Shown in pieces: positions 39,001 to 53,400 of a stretch of 64,000 bases of DNA. A program made the position numbers and the translations under genes. Source of the stretch: Azolla caroliniana (taxonomy: Eukaryota > Plantae > Polypodiophyta); the NCBI GenBank assembly GCA_043228905.1, contig JBHGNT010000021.1, positions 248,001 through 312,000 on the forward strand. The letters run 5' to 3'. How positions within the stretch are numbered: the stretch's first letter is position 1; every line of letters starts with the position of its first letter. The notes beneath the pieces were generated by a model. It was not told the origin of the DNA and did no database searches. It worked only from the letters and a program-made list of their open reading frames with translations.

Positions 39001-41477
39001 GGTCTAATCTTCGTCTCAATCGATGGATGTATAGAGGTAGAGTAGGGAGTAGAATAAAACCCACACCCACACCCACACCTACACTAAAAATGCCTTAGAT
39101 ATATATGCATTTGCAAATATATTGTTTTATGCCAAGATAATTGTCATAATAAATCACACTCAGAAGCTTAACATGAGAAAAATGAAAGCCAAACGGATAG
39201 ACTTTAGAAATGTTATAACTCACATAGATTCAACAATGACTCGTAGCGTTACTCATTTGTATTGCCTCACAATGCATTTTTGTACTTGCACCCCTTTGTA
39301 TGTTGCATGCCTATTTGCATCAAGCAATAACTTTAACTCTTAGCTTCCTTTATTCTTACTCTACCGCAAAAAAAATAAAACACGTGCAAACATACCTACA
39401 TCAAATCATTTTGTTTGCATGTGCATTACTAACATACAAGTGTGCTATAGAAAACAAGGGTGTACACATGGAAGATGTTGGGAAAGCCTCGCCTCAATGG
39501 TTAGGGGATTAGCATAATAGACAAATGAACTTGTAACATAATCTCAACTTTTCAACTAGATTTGTAAGTCCATGTGGGGTTTGATTCTCTAGACAATGCC
39601 TTAATAGATCTATACGAGCTATTATTCTCAATGCTACTAGCATCTACTTACATTATGCCATTTGTTATGTTGTATTAGGGTTCACATTCTATTCATAATG
39701 TTGTTTAACCATTGGATTGTGTCATTGGTTTGCCCATTGTAGTATGTTAAATACACTATAATTGAATGGCTAGGGTTGAACTTTTGCCCACTCACAACAT
39801 ATGCCAAAAGTAGAAGAAAGATAGTTGCATTAACATTTACAATAACAATTCTTAAATATCTCATAATCTATCCCAAGCAAAAATGCACATTTCATCTTCC
39901 AATATCATTTTTAATTCCCACTATCATGTATTGCTTCTAGATGCTGGTTGCAATTTGTTATCTCATTTACATCAAATTATCCATTATGATCATTTGGTAC
40001 GGATGTTTTGTTTTTGAAGGAAACCAATAAGGACAATTATTAGCCATTCAGAACGAAGTCAAAAAGCTCAACAATGGCAAGAATTTGTTTAGCATGTCTA
40101 CTTAAAAATTTGTTTTATGTTGCAATAATTTTTTTATATTATCTCTTGTTTTATGTAAGGACGTCAATGATTGAGTTAAATGACGATGAAAGTACATTCT
40201 TCTTGGAATGAAATTATGATGAGGTTTTATGGATGTGAACATCATTATACATTGTTTGAATTAATGTACATTGATCAAAACTTTAAAAAGTATCCTTCTT
40301 TTCTCTTTGCCAAAGAATAATATTACATGATTTGTTGGTGAAATCATGTATAAATTTAAAGAAACACATATCTAGTTAACCTCATTGCGTTGTGGAAGCT
40401 TTGTAGAAAAAACAATAAATACATTTCGATTTTATTTCTCCCGACGAACTTTGGCGACGCACATCAAGGATCGTAGTTACAAGGCACCTCTTATCTTTTA
40501 GCTGTACATGCAATTTCTTTCTTCCTTAAATTAATCCACAGTTTCCCAAATTCAAAACGAACCACTTAGGTACTTCTACTCGACATTCCCCATACTAGGA
40601 TGCATGATACATACCCATTCATAACTTCCATATAGAAACTCTCATGGTGCTCCCATATACCTGCTCAATACAGAAAGAAATATCACACATAAACTAACAC
40701 AACCATTAACATCATATTTATATGCCTTACCTAATCAATCTTGGTTTCTCAAAATTTCATTCATTAAGATTGAAGATTGGTTGCATAAGTTATTGGTGGT
40801 TTCCATGCAAACAATACTTTTTGTTTACAATGAATAATCCTCATTCATATTGCATCATAACTTAAAATTTCACACATCATTGCTCACCTATTGGAACGAG
40901 AAAATAATGTTGTGTTCCATCCTACATGAAAGTAACTCCAAGCAAGACCTAAACAACATTGAGACATTAAACTTTAAGATAGTCTACAAATATATAACAT
41001 TTCACAATTAGTCATCCAAACTCTTCAAAATGTCTAACTTGAAACACGTTCCTAAATTTCTCTGAGTGGAAATAATATTCACATATTTGAAATAATTTTC
41101 TCAAACGATTTTCAAAGTTGGTAGGTATTTCTCTATAACAACAGTCCACCATTAGATTTGATATAAGTATTACTCATCTCTTTGTAACATCCATATCCAG
41201 ATGATGTTATTGTCATCAAACCTACTCTACCTAGTTCTACCTTGTATAGGAATTATAGCCAGCCTATCACAATTGCACGAGTAGAGTAATGCTCATAACA
41301 GCAGAGATTGCAGGTGCTGGTATATATGGGCCATACCAGCACCAGATCATGGAGATACCTTCCTCACCATGTTCCCTCTGCCTGAGGATAGGTAGATGCA
41401 ATTGATGTACTTTTTCATTTCCTCTCTTGACCACACTAACCAATGTCAGATATTGTGCCCCCCATAGCACCACTCAC

Positions 41478-44400
41478 CTCATGCATATTATTTATGCACT
41501 TAATGTTTGTAGAACCATCTCGAGAATCATTATGCATTGTAACGCCAGCTGGTGCATTATGATCATTTCCATGGATCTTTTGAAAACCTAGGGCTCTAAT
41601 TTACATTTTATTTACTATAATAAACTGAAATCCCCCATATTTAGCATTGTGATTTGTCTCAAAGGCCATCTTTAGTAAATGATGATATACATTTACTATC
41701 ACATCTTATTCATGTTCTTTGTTTCCATGTGACCACTGAATGTGGGCTACCACGACTGTTTAATATAAATCATATATGTAGAAGTAAATGCCTTCTCCTC
41801 TCTTAGGTAGCACTGCATAATGGCCTAGTGCAATACACTATCATATCTAAAACAAGAATTCTTTAATAAATGGAAATAAATACAAGAATCCAAATTTGCT
41901 CACAAACCTGGAAGTACAGAGAATAGAAAGGGAGAATTTTTAATTTGACTGGAGTCGTCTCCAATCCGTAGCCAAAAATTCCCTATCAATGTTGTGTTGA
42001 AAGACACCCCGATGTAACCAGATTGACCAAGGTCCATTAGTGTAGGCCTCATTCTCCTTTTTCCTCTAAAATCCATTACATAAACAAGAAGGTTCCAATA
42101 ACTTCTATAAATTAGAGGGCGGCCAACATCATCTTTAAGGGCAACCCTAAAAATTGCTTGTTGTCCTATCCGAAAAATGTTCACTCCATTAAGCCACGAG
42201 CCTGTGCACTTGGGTATATTTAGTGCACCTATAAAAAGAAAAAGCTTGATATCAGACATGAATACAAGGTTTTGCATTACTTTAGTTTCAGAATACTATG
42301 TCCAGAAAATTATAACCAGAATATGCTTTCATATTTCTAAGATTAATCATATATACTTGTGTAAAAGTTGAGAACCTAATCTCAAAACAATTAAGATTAA
42401 GAATATAGTTATACCTTAAAATCTATCTAAGTGAGGTTGTGAACATTAGTTTACCACAATCAAGAGATGAGTTTTGCAAATTACAGAATATAATTGCTGA
42501 TCACTATCTAATTACAATGTTAGAATGCTCTAATTGATTAATTTAGAAGCTTCAATTTGGTCAATTCAACACCACATTTGTGCAACGTGATTCAATACAT
42601 TAATGTAATGTATGTTCCTTGGTTATGATTATAAGGCTAATTAAAATTATACTAAATATATTATGCCCTTGATTGTGCTTACAATTTAGATTTGATCAGC
42701 AGAAATAAGTTTGATTAACGATGTTTAGGTAGGTATAAAATAACCAAGAATCAATCTTGAAAATTTTATGTACACAAGCATATTTCAGTAATTTTCACTA
42801 ATCACGATAGGTTAAATTTGTAATGCTACTTACGATTTGCATGCTTTGGCCATCATCTGCTTGAACTTGGAAGCCGACACCAGACGATCATATATAATGG
42901 CTTAGCCAAGTGGCCGGGCTCGGAAGAGCTCACATGTTTCCCACATGGAGGAGGGGAAAGCACAGTTGATTACCTAATAGGACGCCCTGAAGCTACCCAC
43001 ATGGTTAACTCCTTCCGAGTGGCCCCATGCCCCATTGGTGCAGACCATAGCTTCCTATACTTTGAGCTAAAATGTGACATCTCCCATGCCACCAACTCTA
43101 GTCAACCAACCCAGCACACCATAATACATTTCACGCATGAGCTTGCCGACATCTACTCTCGACATGTACAAGCCCATCTCTCCTCTTTTGATTCTTCCTT
43201 GCCTTTAGAGAACCTCACTACAGAACTCACACACCCCCTTCACTCAGCAGCAACTAGTAGCTTCCCATGCACGAAAGGTTCCCATCATAGTAGAATAGGG
43301 TCTATGCCACAGAACAAGTGGCATGATGAGGATTGTAGAGAGTTGTATAGACAACTTAAGGTGTCGCGACTTAGTGGTACTATTTCCTTAGTACAGGCTT
43401 GCAAAGAGATGCGCAAGATGACACGTCATAAAAGACGCGCTTGGGAAGCATCTCAATATTGGAACTCTACCATATGTTCATGAGTAGGAACTGCGCCCTT
43501 GCATGGAAGAGACTACGGGAACCGAGACCACAAACACCCATCGAGGATCCCAATATTTGGCACACATATATCGAGAGACTCTACCATGTCCTGAACCAAC
43601 CACCCATTCCAATGCCTTCCACACCTCGACCTACCATGGGGACACTTTTCACGACCTCTAGGGTCACGAAGGTCATAAAAAAGTTACAACATAGGAAATC
43701 CATGGCCCACACAGGATTGCGAGCCGAGCACATCATATATGCTCGAGAGTGCCTAGCCCCCTTTCTCACTCTAATCTTCAACCGTGCCCTCGCCGAGGAT
43801 TTTCCACCACAATGGGCCATGAACAGAGTGGCCCCTATACATAAAGGAGGGGACCCAATGAACCCAAATACATATAGGACCATTATGATAGGTTATACAC
43901 TCGCTAAACTATATGGTGCAGTAATGGAAGCGGAGCTCAGCGATTATATGGAAACGTTAAGTCTTCGCGCACCTGAGCAGGCTGGCTTTAGACGAGCCTT
44001 CTCCACTATTGACCATATCTTCACACTTAGGTGCTTAATTGACCAGACGAAGGCTCGTAAGAAGAAACTATATTGTTGTTTTGTGGACTTCCGCAGAGCC
44101 TTTGACACGGTTCGTAGGGAGAGGTTGTTTGATAGACTTAAGAGCTTGGAGATACCAAATGACATGATCTGGGCCATTTATGCCTTATATGAGCAAGTCT
44201 CTGGGTGTGTACGATGCCCAGGTGGCCTATCCGATTGTTTCACTAGCACCATTGGTGTAAAACAGGGTTGCCCCTTGTCACCGACTCTTTTTGGGATCTA
44301 GATTGATTAGATCACTGATTTTATTGCTCGAAAGGGAGGCAAGGGAGTAGTTATTGGGGATACGCAAGTTAGTCTCTTACTCTACGCAAACGACATTTTG

Positions 44401-47400
44401 GGGATCGGAGTTGGAACACGACCTACAAAAGCATCTTAATGCTCTAGATGACTTTTGTACATAATGACTGGTAGTGAATCTAACGAAAACTAAAGTCCTT
44501 ATCTTTCATACATAGTCCCGAGTTAGGAGTAAATGTCACCTAACCCTCTCTCATAAACTAGTTGAGGTATTGGGATCATATGTATACTTGGGAGTCACTT
44601 TTACTGCTCGCTCAGGTAAATTCTCGATGACCCAAGCAGCCAAAGATAGGCTAATGAGAGGGTATGCATCCCTCTCACTCTTAGAGAGACAATGCCACCA
44701 GGCATACTTTCAAGAGCCACGAACTAAGGGATGGCTCTTCGACTCATTAGTCACCCCTTCCCTCATGTATGCATCAGTAGTATGGGCTCTAGGTCTACCA
44801 TCCTTCATGTGGACGCAATTAGAGAGACCTTTGGTGACGATGTTATCACGTCAACTCCGAAGCAAATCGACAGTACCGCATGACATTATTAGAGCAGAGT
44901 TTAGTCTACCCCCGATGTTAGTAGAAGCACTCTTTCAAATGGTAGTTTTTATTCATCGGATACATAGCCAACCACAAGATAGGATATCCCGTCGAGCCTT
45001 TGAGGCATCCCGATCCCTACATGCATCTGGAGACACTAGCTCTTGGTATAGCATTGTGGTGAGTTGGTTACTTGCAAACGGCATAGACATTAATAATCTA
45101 CCTCCCCTTAAGTACAACCAAGGGACTGATCAAACTCTAATCTCTCATGAAGACCGTAATAAAGTGATACGCCAAGAAATATGGCAAATTTACACGATAT
45201 AAATGGATCACCCCACGAGAGCCACTCCCATCTAAAATGTTGTACTATAAGGAACCCTTCTTGCACTTCTCAAAGTTAGGTTTTATTACACGACCAACAT
45301 ATCTAGATACATTATTATCAAATGCACTAAGGGTGGCCATTGGACAACTTAAGATATTATCTCACCAACTTGAGATTGAGAATGGTCGAGCTAATAGAGT
45401 CCCTAGAGAGGAAAGGCTATGTAGGTTATGCCACATAGAGAGAGAGGATGAGTATCACTTCACATGCAAGTGCCCAACTTATGCCGAGATACGGGCGGAA
45501 TACCAAGACATATTAGGACCCTCTCCCACCCTCTCCAAACTATTAGATACCCCGAGTGTAAAAAGACTAGGTAGGTATATCTTAGAGCTAAAACAACATA
45601 GGGAGAATAAATTACAAAGTGTTAATCATAACCCTTTTACTATTCATCAACATGTAACTAGTGTAATTTTTCAGGAACAAGGGGAGACGATGAATGTGGA
45701 TACACTTACGCCGATTGGCCTCTCGCTTACGCCGATTGGCCTCTCCCTTGAAGACCGTAATCAAGTGATACAACCAAATGCCCTCAGATGTTGAGCTTCA
45801 AAACAAGTCGACGTGGAGTAGAAAAGATTAAGAAGATAAGGGAACGTGAACTACGTCGACTAGAAGCTATGGTTGGGGTACCTTTTACATTGGGACCACG
45901 GGTCACATCCACATCGCAACCCTTTGACCTCCCGCTTCTCTTCGAGAGACTTGGATGGAAATGAAATTAGGCCTAGTATAACATCTTTTCATTGTAGAAC
46001 ATGTTTTTTTTTAAAACTATTTTTTATCTTATTTTGATTTTGTACTTTTGATGAATGGGTAAATATCCCATTTTTTGTAAACCATTTGTCTCATGGGCCA
46101 AATTTGGCCTTAGAAGACGTTAATATATCTTTCTTTCTTTCTTTCTTTCTCTTACTGTGTAATATTTACTTTATTTTGATTTGTTCTCAAAGACGAGAAA
46201 ACATTTAAGATGTAATCTCTTATTCGGTCTTATAGGCCATTTTGGCCTCTTAAAAGACGATAATATCTTTCTATCTTTCTTAAGGACACGGCTATATTGC
46301 AACAAAACAACATAGGGTTGCACTACAAAGAGCATGTAAAATGTGATTGTTCTCTCTTATGAGAATGTGTGTCCCTAGGATTAAGGAAATTCAATAGTTT
46401 TAAACTTCAGGATTTCAGCATATGGTTGGGCTCCATCCATTCTATCAATCTGTTTCATTTGAGCAGGGTGAATGAACCTTGGTAATCAGTGAGAACAAAG
46501 TTAAAAAATGAGCTGCTATGAGCCCCCGTCTTAAATTTGAATGCAAACATTTATAACAAGGGGGTGTTGGCATATTAAAATTATGGTATGTGAAAGGTAT
46601 CACTATTTTGTCACTTCATATTGTAGAGGTTAACTCATGCTAGAAATTAACCGTTACTTGGGAGTATTCCAGGGGTCGAAGCTCAATGAGGATTTTCCTA
46701 AGGAGAAAATTGTCTTATGACTCGAGCTCCAACCCCTATCACGTTCTCCTTTCAAATCTCAGAAACCAGGGTAGTTTTTTTCATTAGCCAAAACTAGGGC
46801 TTCTGGTTGCTCGTCTTCAATATCAAGTTTGTTTTACCCAGACTCAACTTATATTGAAACTTCCACATCATCGCAATATCCAAAAGCAGATATTTTAGGG
46901 CTATCCCATACTGCATCTAGCATGACCAGTCATGGTTGTTCTTGTCCCGAAAGTATGGGATATGAATATATTACTTGCTAGACCCTGAAACTTCAAATGT
47001 ATAAACATTCTTCTCTGTTCTGCTACACAATTATATATTAGTGCGTAACCTTGGTCTAGGGTAAAAATCCACAAAATATACTAAAACTGAAGTGGTCAAA
47101 AACTCCACGACCTAAAGTCTGAATCTCAACAAAGAGAACATAGATATGGACTCCAAAGAGTGAAAACAATCTTCCATACTGTTCTTACTTAGTTTGGGAG
47201 CTTGGGTAAAGGGTTTAGAATAAGTACTTGCCCATAAGGTTAAATCTGAAGAAAGAGAACATATATATAGTCTTCCATTGTATAGAGACAGAACACGTAT
47301 GTAGTCTTAGTTTTGTAACCTGGATAGGGGTTTGAAGACATACTTACTCATACCCATTGTTAATGACGAAAAATATCATCAATAAATGTGTATAGTGATA

Positions 47401-50400
47401 TAAACTATTTGTTGGTTTTAAATCGTTTAACTACTTTCTCAAAAACATTAAGTTTAACAAAGAATGCACACAAATAATAAATGTGAAATCTTATATTTAT
47501 CTTTGAAGCATAGAAATTTAAGAACTCATGTGCTTTCATGTAATTAATATCCTTTAGATTACCTGAGATAAATGTGAATGAAAATGGCGATCCGCTGATT
47601 TCAGTTCCATTGATAAATAAATATAGTAAGAAATCTCCTGACATATTTGGATAGAAAGTAAGTGTATGATAGATGTCCTCTATATCAGATGATGCAGATA
47701 ATTTGATAGATGAGTTCTTCGCAGTAACTTTGTTCTTCACATATGCATTAAATCTCAGAAATCGAACATCATTTGAAGATGAACTAATGGAATTTTTAAA
47801 GGCGTCCATCAATGCTAACTTTAAAGTCACATTGTCTCCTAATTGAAATAGATTCTCATCATCAATCCAAAATCCTTGACAGTTGGCAGGGGAAATGGGT
47901 GCTGAAAGAAAGAAACGTAGATTAAAATCTTAGGGACCAAAATAGCTTATGAGAAAGAAAGAAATTTTAACGTCTTTTACGTGGCCAAAATGGCCTATAA
48001 GACCAAACAAAGAAATTACATCTTAAGTATTGTCTCATCTTTGGGAACAACAATCAAAATAAAACAAATATTTTTAAATAAATATAAAAGTAAATAAGAT
48101 AAAAAGATACTAAAGAATCTGGATTTCAGCACGTGTAAGATTCTAGAGTTAAGTATATTATAACTTTTGTTTTTGAAAGATCTCTAGCATAGGTCAATCC
48201 ACAATGGAGAGGTCTCCAAAGCAAGGGAAGCACCGGCGATGGCGGGAGATAATGGTCTTTATCGCTCGATGATAATGGTGGTGAGGTCATGGTTCGTGGG
48301 GCTGGGGCCTACGTGCTTGACAAATTGCTATTGCTTGATCTAGTGTAACCCCTTTGAGAGAAAATGAGAGATTACACCTTAAACTACTGTCTGAGGGACA
48401 GAGCCTAAACTGCCTAAGCTACCATATAATTTTGTTTCCTAACCACTAAAACTTCTGAGCTTAGATGGACTAAATCTTATACCTTTAAAAGATCTCCAAC
48501 ATGGGCTAATCCAAGATGGGGAAGTATCTGAAGCAAGGGAATCACCTTATCTCTTAGGTGATACTGGCTTTGATTTGACAATGTGCACATTGAGAGTTCC
48601 AAGAGCCCAAAAAAAAGTATTCAAGGTTGGAACTTACATAATGAAGAAACGTCGCTGAACACAGAGACAATCATTGTTGGTATACTGAAACACAACTATG
48701 GTTCAAGTCACGTGCCATAAGCATAAATGCAGTACCCCGGTCGTCGTGACATGGTGGATAAAAATGGGAGAAAACGGGGGAAAAGAGACAAACCCAGAAA
48801 TCCTGTAAATAAGTAAATAGGGGGTATGGGCGAAAGTGTAGGTTCAAGTCCTGGCACATGCCTACATGGGAGTTATATACCCCTTTTTGCATCTTGATGA
48901 AATAGGGGGGGAGGGGCAGTTATGCATTTATTACAGTGGGAGGCCTCTTTTCTCACTTTGAGGTTGGATCATTTTTTGGCGTGTTTGGGTTAGTTTTCGA
49001 ACAACGGGAGAACATCTTTTCCAACCTCTTCCTTTTGGGTATTTTTTTCTAGCTTTTTAGGGTTATTGAGGAGTGGATAGTGAGCCACTTCGCTTCATCT
49101 TCTTCTCCTTCTTTGGGGTGGTGAGTGAGAATATTCAGTGTTCTTCTTGCTTGGGAGAGGGGCCCATATTTTGCACAAGTGCCTTTTCGTTATCTCGTCG
49201 CCCATTCGTTGCAAAAGCGCCTGCTTGTTGCCCGAACGCCCGTTCGTTTCTAGAACGTGTCTCGTTGCATGAGAGCCTGTTCGTTGTGTGAAGGCCTGTT
49301 CATTGCATGAGCCATCTTATCCTGCCATGCTATCAGATTGCCAAAACAAGCTTGATACACAGGATGCAAGTACAAAAACTATAATAAGAGCAGAGTCCTC
49401 TCATCTGTCTGAGTGCTTGACATTATGAAATGGTTTAAAGGATGGAGAGTAAAATATCCATTGGAGCATACACTTTCCTAGCACTGATCAAATGGCCTCT
49501 AGTTGCTACATGAGCCAAGCCAGTAGTACAGCAGAAATCCATAAAGAAATGAGATCCCTTTTATTGGATCAATGGGTGGGTCAATATGTGATCCAATGAC
49601 CCCATTTTGAAAACCTACTTTTACAACAGAATGGCAGCCATGTTGCTTTACCCAGACACTCAAAGTTGACTCTAGGATTGAGCCATATAGTTTGGTTACT
49701 TAATCACCAATCAACATTGCCCTATAATTGATAGGTATCCTGGGCTCTCCGCCTCTTGAAGATTGATGCAATGGTACATTCTGTCCAGCTAGGAGGTCAA
49801 ACAGCTCTATTAAATTTGTTAAGAAGCAGAGGGAGGTGTTGCAAGCAACAACATGATTGTCAGTACTTGAATGTGTATTTTCAGACTGAGGTATTTTCGA
49901 TCAAAACTTCAAATGGATAAATCTACTTCAGATTATTTGATACATCCAAACATTAGAGCATTATCTCATAGAAAACCTGGATCATATATTACCTGGAATT
50001 ATGTTGAATTTCAATGGAGACCCCTTTAGGTCTGTATTCCTACCATATACCAAATGTAGGGAATAATCTCCGATAACAGTGATAACAAAATTGATAAGCT
50101 GATAGCCAGTTTGGCGTTTAGTCAGCACAGAAACGTCATCAAAAGCTTGTCCATTTTGCAAGAAGTACAGAGTGAAGTTGATATAGCTGGCTACACTATT
50201 GTTATAGGCATCAACAAAAAGTACTTCAGCACTTGCTTGATCCCCTGCCCTGATGTCCATTGATCTATTCAACCATAATGCTCGACTACTCAATGTTGAT
50301 AAGGGCCCTGTACCAAAGAAACAACGAATGAGCAATGCAAAGATGAAGTACTTTGAGCTGACTCCATGTATATATTAATGTCTTTTAAGTGACCAAAATG

Positions 50401-53400
50401 GCCTATAGAAGAAATTGAATGATACATCATAGAACTAATGGAAATAGTAATCATATGTATCTCATCCTAAAAATGATACATAGTCTATGAGCAAAGCAGA
50501 AGCTAAAATTGTGGTGCACCCTCATTATGTCCCTCACCTGATATACTAGATCAAAAGTGTTACGTTAGTGTGGCCTAAAACTCCTAGAATAGGTGATGAG
50601 ACACCCATTAGTAATAATCTAAGGAAGAGTAACGAAGGAAAAAGTAAACTTATGATTATATTACAATGATATAAAATAGAAAACCACAACATTGAAAATC
50701 CAGCTGTCTGAAGTATTGACGGTTTATAATAGTTATTGTTCAAAGGAATTGCCTGGCTTTATGGACACTGCCAAAGGATTGCCAATGCTTACTCCATTGA
50801 TGACATAAAGAAAGTAATCTCCTGCTTTACGACCGCTGAAAGTGATGATCTCATATCCAGAATTGTTATGAATTCTGAGGCTCACATCTGTTGGAAAATA
50901 TGATTCACCTTTAGTAGTATTAAGTTTAATTGAGAAGTTGACATATGTGTTTGTCTGTATTGATGCTGTCACATTGTTTTTATATGCATCTTTCAAGAGA
51001 ATATAAACAGTGATGTTCTCTGGCACCACATAAGACCCTGACGCATTGACCAAAAAGCCTATACAGTGGGCTACTGAAATGGGACCTGTTTCATGTAAAT
51101 AAAGATAAAAATTAGATCGATGAAAATGTAAATTCAGTACATTTAATTTCTATTTTTAGCAATGACATTTATGACAGCCTCATATCGAAAAGACTTGGCT
51201 CACAGCAGGGGAGCCATTTCCCCTAAGATAGCCTACTACTATGAATTTCAGATTATAGATTCATACAGAGATCAAGGTACATGGGCGTCTTCATCCCCCA
51301 CAGTGCTTGGAAAGCAATAGGCCAACTCAGAGTTTCCTCCCACCATTTAGAGATTGAGGGAAGACGAATACATCACTTACATAGAGCTGAAAGATTCTGC
51401 AAATTATGTCAAGCAGAGATCAAAAGAGGAACATTTTGAGTGCAGATGCACAGCTTTCAACCACATCACATAGAAGTATCTACTGTCCATTTACACAGAA
51501 TCCACCACCATTCAACAAATGATGGTGAAGGCTGACCCACGACAATTTGGCCAAAGTTTGCTCAAGCTTCAAAAGAATAGGTAATCAATCCTTTACATTA
51601 AGATGCTGGATACAACATCAATCACACATCACTGATTTCTTCTATAGCTCTCTACCCAAGATCAACATGCAGAGAAGTCACCATGCAGCATGCAGAAGAA
51701 TACCAATGCAAAGAGACCTCATTACACGGATATAAGGCCCATGGGCCATACCATCACCAAATTATGGAGATAATTGGTTCGATCTGCCATAGTCACATTT
51801 TCCACACCAAGCAATCTTGGATACTTACTTCAGCTATCATTGCTCTCATGCAAATTAACTATTCACTAAATGCTTGCAAACCATCTGAAAAGTCATTCCA
51901 CTACTTGCATTAAGATAATGATCATGGAGCTTTAGGGAACCTCGAGATTTTATTTTTGTTTTAGTGTGGACAACATGAATCCACTGATAATTGTAATCAT
52001 GATTTTTCTCACACACCAATTTTGGCCTCTCATAGATGTTAATATATCTTTCTTTCTCCTTGTTCACCTGGACAGCCAGGCTCTTAGAAGGGGTTCACAA
52101 CTTTGGATAACATATTGACCTTCCGAGCCCTTATGGAGGAGGGCAGGGCCCTTTGACAATGTATATAGATGAGTTATCACATTACATAGAGAGATTCAGC
52201 AATTTGGGAACATGCCTAGCAGATACAGCCATACAAATATTAGTATATGCCAATGATTTTGCACTGACCTCTGATACCCTGGAATGACTACAAAGACATC
52301 TAAATGCCCAAAAAGTATTTTGTACAGACAAAGGTTTGTTCGTAAACATAGGTAACACTAAAGTGTCAGTGTTTATTGCTACACAAGCATGGGAACAAGA
52401 TCAGAGCCAGAATTCTTCTCAGGAGAGGAAAAGATGGCATACGTGACACTACATGTACCTAGCAGTAACATTCAAAGGGCCTCGGTTCTGCTTATGGGAG
52501 ACTGCTTGTGCTCGACTCTCTCGTGGATATGCAGCCCTTCATTCTCTTCAAAAACAATGAGCACATTTGCAATTCCAAGAACCACAAAATAAATTGTGGC
52601 TATTCGATACACCGAGTCTTAACAAGGAAACTACCTGGAAAGATTTACAAAGAAAGAAAGATATATTAACATCTTTAAGGGCCAAAATGGCCTATAAGAC
52701 CAAACAAGGGATTACATCTTGAGTAAAAATAATAGTAAATAAGATAACAAGAGACGAGGGAATCTGGTTTTCGCTAAATGTGAGATTTTCAAGTTAGACA
52801 TATTGTAACTTTTGTCTTCGAAAGATCTCTAGCATAGGTCGATCCAAAAAGGAGAGATCTCCGAAGTGAGGGAAGCACTTGCGATGGCGGGAGATAATGG
52901 CCTTTATCTGTCGATGACAAGGTGCTAAGGTCCTGGTCCATGGGCCTGGGGCCTACGTGCACAACAAATTGCTATTGCCCGATCTATTGTAACCCCTTTC
53001 TTATGTCTTGACAGGGAGCCCATTTGTGTATCCCTAGATTGACTCGTAGCATTAGTAGGAGTGATGGGGCTAAAGAAAGTTGTGATTGTTCTTTGTGGAT
53101 GGGCTTGTGTGGCTGTATTATTGTCCTTCAACAACTTTTCCCTATGTCTCTTGAGTTCTAGCAAGAAAAGTCCTAGGCATTGTTGATCCTCATATTCCAT
53201 TACCTTGCATAGCAGGGAAAGCCTTGTTTGAAGAGGCAATGGTATCTCCCTCTGATTTAATAAAAGACAGTACAGTGAAAAACATATTGTTTTTCAGATT
53301 CCACTCCTTGATGACACAATTGGCGAATTCTTTCTTCTAGAGTGGAATTTGAAGAACATTATGTCTGTCATTGTGCTGTTTTTTATGAAATAAGGGGGAG

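Noticed and set aside
39682-39864. Hydrophobic 60-aa ORF as the GEX2-like transmembrane exon
   Set aside because: No convincing splice path links it, and its end (YYNGQTNDTIQWL) looks more like a decayed gypsy integrase motif; unsupported either way.
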